Shown here one piece after another: positions 59,358 to 64,000 of a stretch of 64,000 nucleotides of DNA (position 1 is its first letter; every line of letters starts with the position of its first letter). The position numbers were made by a program, and so were the translations under genes. The stretch lies in contig NIVC01000033.1 in assembly GCA_002269645.1 (NCBI GenBank), forward strand, positions 795,335 to 859,334, read 5' to 3'. The DNA is from Macrostomum lignano (lineage: Eukaryota). Under the pieces are notes generated by a model. That model had not been told where the DNA came from. It ran no database searches and worked only from the letters and a program-made list of their open reading frames with translations.

Positions 59358-61138
59358 TCACTGGGGCACATCATACACCGCCATCAACTTGTCATCGCCA
59401 ACGCTGACCAGCCGATTGCCAAATGAATTGTACCTGACGCACCACACCTGATCGTTGTGCTCAAAGTAGGTGTTCTTCAGCTGCCTGCCGGCCAGGTCCC
59501 ACACCTTGACGGTCTTGTCCGAGCTGCAGGTGGCGATCTGCTGGCCGTCCGGGTGCACAGCCAGCGACACCACCCAGTTGGAGTGGCCGCTCAGAGTTGC
59601 AACCAGCTCGCCTTTGGCCACGCTGAACACCTTCACGTGGGTGTCATCCGACACGGTGATCAGGTGCTGGCCGTCCGGGGTGAACTGCAGCGCCCTGACC
59701 GGCATGGCGTGGCCGACCAGAGTGTGCCGCAGCTGGCCGGCCGTCAGGTCCAGCACGTTGATGACGCCATCCACCGAGCCAGTGGCCAGCAAACTACCGT
59801 CGGGGCTGTAGGCCAGGCTCATGCAGAACTGGCCCTCCGTGTTCAGCGTGGTCACCTGGCGGGGTCGCGAGCGGTTTGCTAAGCAACTGTTCTCGGTTTT
59901 TCTGCCCCAGTCTCCCGCTTTCTCTGCCCAATCTCACACTCCATCTCCCCAATCTCACACTCGATCTACCCAGTCTCACTCCATTTGCCCAATCTCACAC
60001 TCCATCTCCCCAATCTCACACTCGATCTACTCAGTCTCACTCCACCTGCCCAGTCTTACCCTCCATCTGCCGAGTCTTATCCTCCATCTGCCCAATCTCA
60101 CCCTCCATCTACCCAATCTCACCCTATATCTGCCGAGTCTTACCCTTCATCTGCCCAATCTCACCCTCCACCTGCCCAATCTCACCCTCTATCTGCCGAG
60201 TCTTACCCTCCATCTGCCCAATCTCACCCTCCATCTGCCCAATCTCACCCTGCATCTGCCCAATCTCACCCTCTATCTGCCGAGTCTTACCCATCTGCCC
60301 AGTCTTACTCTCCATCTGCCCAATCTCACCCTCCATCTGCCCAATCTCACCCTCCATCTGCCCAATCTCACCCTCCATCTGCCCAATCTTACCCTCCATC
60401 TGCCTAGTCTTACCCATCTGCTCAGTCTTACCCTCCAGCTGCCTAGTCTTACCCATCTGCCCAGTCGTATCTATCTGCCTAATCTTACCCTTCATCTGCC
60501 CAATCTCACCCATCTGCCAAATCTCACCCATCTGCCCAGTCTCACCCTCCATCTGCCCAACCTTACCCTTCATCTGCCCAGTCTCAGCTTCATCTGCCCA
60601 ATCTCACCCTCCATCTAAACAATCTCACGTTTTATCTCCACAATCTTACCTCCATCTGCACAATCTCACCTTCCATATTCTACCCGATCTAACCCTATAT
60701 CTACCCAGTCCCACTCCCAGCACGCGCGGGCACCTTATTTCCGGAGGACACCTCGAACAAGTTGACCCTGGCCACGTTGCTGCCGGTGGCCAGCAGTTTG
60801 CCATCGGGCGAGAATCTCACAGTCCAGGCGTCCACTGAGCCGGCATCGATGAAGCGGGCCTGCTTGCCGCTCTGTAGGTCCCAGATTCGAATCTGTGCGT
60901 CCATCGAGGAGCTGGCAGCCAGGGTACCGTCGCGGCTGGTATCAACGGAGATGACTCCCAGGTGGTGGCCCTCCAGGGTGTGCAGCAGCTCGCAGTGGTC
61001 AACTGACCAGCGCCACACCTTGACGCGATCGTCGAGCGAGCCGGTGACCAGAAAGTCGGTGCGGTCCGGCTTGGCCCAGGCCACGGACCAGATGCTTTCG
61101 TCGTGTGCGTTCTCCTGCCGGTACTTCACCGAGTACAT
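59358..61138 (-). CDS. WDR61: WD40 repeat protein 61 / SKI8 (SKI and PAF1 complex subunit), 2 coding exons, 300 aa
   Basis: Exons 60734-61138 and 59358-59855. Motifs [63 protein letters not shown] closely match WDR61/SKIC8 and are colinear across the intron. Confidence 0.95.
59925..60715. repeat. ~21 bp minisatellite (CCCAATCTCACCCTCCATCTG), WDR61 intron
   Basis: Tandem array. Confidence 0.93.
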
Positions 61139-61247
61139 GGCTGCGGCATGCAGTGCGGACCGGGGGGGAGGGGGTTCGAGTTGGACAGCGAATCAACAAC
61201 TGCGCAACACCTGAGCTGCTGCCGCTTGTGGAGGGTTCGGGGTCGTC

Positions 61248-62850
61248 GGGATAGTGGGGTTCAGGTCATTGGGATGCTGGGGTTCAGGTCATTGGGATGC
61301 TGGGGTTCAGGTCATTGGGATACTGGGGTTCAGGTTATCGGGATGCTGGGGTTCAGGTCATCGGGATGCTGGGGTTCAGGTTATCGGGATGCTGGGGTTC
61401 AGGTCATCGGGATGCTGGGGTTCAGGTTATCGGGATGCTGGGGTTCAGGTCATTAGGATGCTGGGGTTCAGGTCATTGGGATAGTGGGGTTCAGGTCATC
61501 AGGATAGTGGGGTGGGGTTCAGGTCATCGGGATAGTGGGGTTCAGGTCATCAGGATAGTGGGGTTCAGGTCATCGGGATAGTGGGGTGGGGTTCAGGTCA
61601 TCAGGATAGTGGGGTTCAGGTCATCGGGATAGTGGGGTTCAGGTCATCAGGATAGTGGGGTTCAGGTCATCGGGATAGTGGGGTTCAGGTCATCAGGATA
61701 GTGGGGTTCAGGTCATCGGGATAGTGGGGTTCAGGTCATTGGGATGCTGAGGTTCAGGTCATTAGGATGCTGAGGTTCAGGTCATCGGGATAGTGGGGTT
61801 CAGGTCATTGGGATGCTGGGGTTCAGGTTATCGGGATGCTGGGGTTCAGGTCATCGGGATAGTGGGGTTCAGGTCATCGGGATAGTGGGGTTCAGGTCAT
61901 TGGGATGCTGGGGTTCAGGTCATTGGGATAGTGGGGTTCAGGTCATCAGGATAGTGGGGTGGGGTTCAGGTCATCGGGATAGTGGGGTTCAGGTCATTGG
62001 GATGCTGGGGTTCAGGTCATTGGGATAGTGGGGTTCAGGTCATCAGGATAGTGGGGTGGGGTTCAGGTCATCGGGATAGTGGGGTTCAGGTCATTGGGAT
62101 GCTGGGGTTCAGGTTATCGGGATAGTGGGGTTCAGGTCATTGGGATGCTGGGGTTCAGGTCATCGGGATAGTGGGGTTCAGGTCATCGGGATATTGGGGT
62201 TCAGGTCATCGGGATAGTGGGGTTCAGGTCATCAGGATAGTGGGGTTCAGGTCATTGGGATGCTGGGGTTCAGGTCATCGGGATAGTGGGGTTCAGGTCA
62301 TCGGGATAGTGGGGTTCAGGTCATTGGGATGCTGGGGTTCAGGTCATCGGGATAGTGGGGTTCAGGTCATTGGGATGCTGGGGTTCAGGTCATCGGGATA
62401 GTGGGGTTCAGGTCATTGGGATGCTGGGGTTCAGGTCATCGGGATAGTGGGGTTCAGGTCATTGGGATGCTGGGGTTCAGGTTATCGGGATGCTGGGGTT
62501 CAGGTCATCGGGATAGTGGGGTGGGGTTCAGGTCATCGGGATGCTGGGGTTCAGGTCATTGGGATGCTGGGGTTCAGGTCATCGGGATAGTGGGGTTCAG
62601 GTCATCGGGATAGTGGGGTTCAGGTCATTGGGATGCTGGGGTTCAGGTCATTGGGATAGTGGGGTTCAGGTTATCAGGATAGTGGAGTTCAGGTCATCGG
62701 GATAGTGGGGTTCAGGTTATCGGGATGCTGGGGTTCAGGTCATCAGGATAGTGGGGTTCAGGTCATCGGGATAGTGGGGTTCAGGTCATCAGGATAGTGG
62801 GGTTCAGGTCATCGGGATAGTGGGGTTCAGGTCATTGGGATGCTGGGGTT
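61248..62850. repeat. 23 bp minisatellite (GGGGTTCAGGTCATTGGGATGCT / ..CGGGATAGT), ~70 units, upstream of the WDR61 ATG
   Basis: Tandem array. Confidence 0.97.
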
Positions 62851-63912
62851 GAGCTAGTTAACAAGCATTTTGAAATGAAAATAAATGAACACTCAATGAA
62901 CAGGCAACTGCAGATACAAATATGCTGGTGTCTGAGAGTCCATGTGTATTTCATGGCCAGCCAGAGGGTCACTATTTGAGTTGTGCCCTCCACCCAGGCC
63001 GTCAGAGTTTGTATTATTTACTGAGAAAGGGACAGAAGGGCAACGGACTGCAAAGTGCATGTCCTTCTCGAATTCAGGAAATTCCAGAATATTATTGTAT
63101 GTAGCCATACGAGCACTAATACGACCTGTCTGTAATTATATTTTGTAGCAAATACAAGAAGTGTCATACTTGGCGATATTGGGGCTCGTGGGATCGGATG
63201 ATTATTCGGAGCTACAGAACAACTGGGTGCCAGTCAAACACCAGTCACTGCCTGTCTAAACTGGTTATGCAATATAAATATAAATAATATGCGTATACTA
63301 TTAATATTAGTAAGGTTTGCGGTATAAAACAAATCCTCTCAACTGGAGCCCGTAGAGAGCGGGGAGAGACAGAACAGAGGCTGGGGACACTGGGTAGGCA
63401 GCAGCTGGGAGATTTGAAAATAGGGAAAAACAAGAGAGTTATTGTTTTCTTCAGCGATGGATTATCGGGCAACACGAAAGCAGTAAAAAACAGAGTGGGG
63501 GCAACACAAACACACGCAGATTCTCAGCAAGGAGGATGATTTAAGCATGAAAATTTTTCCCTGTGCCTGCCGGCCCGGCGATTTGAAAGTTCACAAAGTG
63601 CGCGTCAAACAAGGATCATTTAAGCTTTAAAGAACATTCTGTACTTTCGTCTGTGGGACTTTATAAGAACTTAGCAGGTTCCTTTCGGCTTTAAAAGAAA
63701 AAAAGTACAAAATAACCGAAGCAACAAGAAAACTAAGAAAATCAAATTTTTGCTTTTTAACAACGGGCAGAATTCGCCCCATTCCCTAATCCGAAGTCTC
63801 CCAGCAGATTAGCGCGAGCAAAATTCTAAATAAAAAATAAACTCCTACGATGCTCCTTCCCCTAGGATAAGACCTTTCCCTCCCAGTCGAAGGTTGGGCG
63901 CCGGCCGGCAGC

Positions 63913-64000
63913 TCAGGACGCCTGGGTCGACATGCCCTGGTCACCGCCGCTCGAGTCCTGAGCCTTCATCACGTCGGGCAGCTCGGGCGGCGAGGTGTAC
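63913..64000 (-). CDS. ELOB: Elongin B C-terminus (partial; gene continues beyond the window)
   Basis: Minus strand YTSPPELPDVMKAQDSSGGDQGMSTQAS* matches the Elongin B tail SSPPELPDVMKPQDSG; TGA at 63915-63913. Not in the supplied ORF track. Confidence 0.85.
   Translation of the reverse strand, partial: YTSPPELPDVMKAQDSSGGDQGMSTQAS

Noticed and set aside
21432-62850. CRISPR-like appearance of 20-50 bp repeats
   Set aside because: Units are head-to-tail with no unique spacers, no cas genes, and the DNA is eukaryotic with spliceosomal introns.

Overview
Metazoan eukaryotic DNA with GC-rich exons and minisatellite-filled introns. The style resembles a Macrostomum-type flatworm genome; this is inference and the species cannot be proven from sequence. 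Contents: (1) a dead, 3'-truncated Ngaro-like tyrosine-recombinase retrotransposon (1-2623); (2) a tandem segmental duplication (764-8010 / 8011-14443) carrying most of that element plus the last 2.x exons of UBR3, with a blunt junction inside UBR3 exon 13; (3) UBR3 (minus, 15 coding exons, 28500-12239), whose contiguous exon 14 has a 1-bp frameshift while the duplicate exon 14 is intact; (4) ANKFY1/Rabankyrin-5 (plus, 12 exons, 29632-46893), head-to-head with UBR3 across an AT-rich island; (5) an unexplained GC-rich island at ~50.1-52.1 kb; (6) an ER-targeted thioredoxin-fold-like gene ending NEEL (minus, 57031-52304); (7) a tRNA-derived CORE-SINE; (8) WDR61/SKI8 (minus, 61138-59358); (9) the 3' end of Elongin B at the window edge. 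Exon models were hand-built from GT/AG sites, phase continuity and remembered similarity to vertebrate orthologues. The best leads are intronic minisatellites whose units copy or mimic splice sites, an inverted minisatellite pair tightly bracketing UBR3 exons 7-8 (back-splicing geometry), and the duplicated UBR3 terminal exons that could bypass a frameshift. No database search or alignment was run. Copy numbers are estimates from array length divided by unit length.
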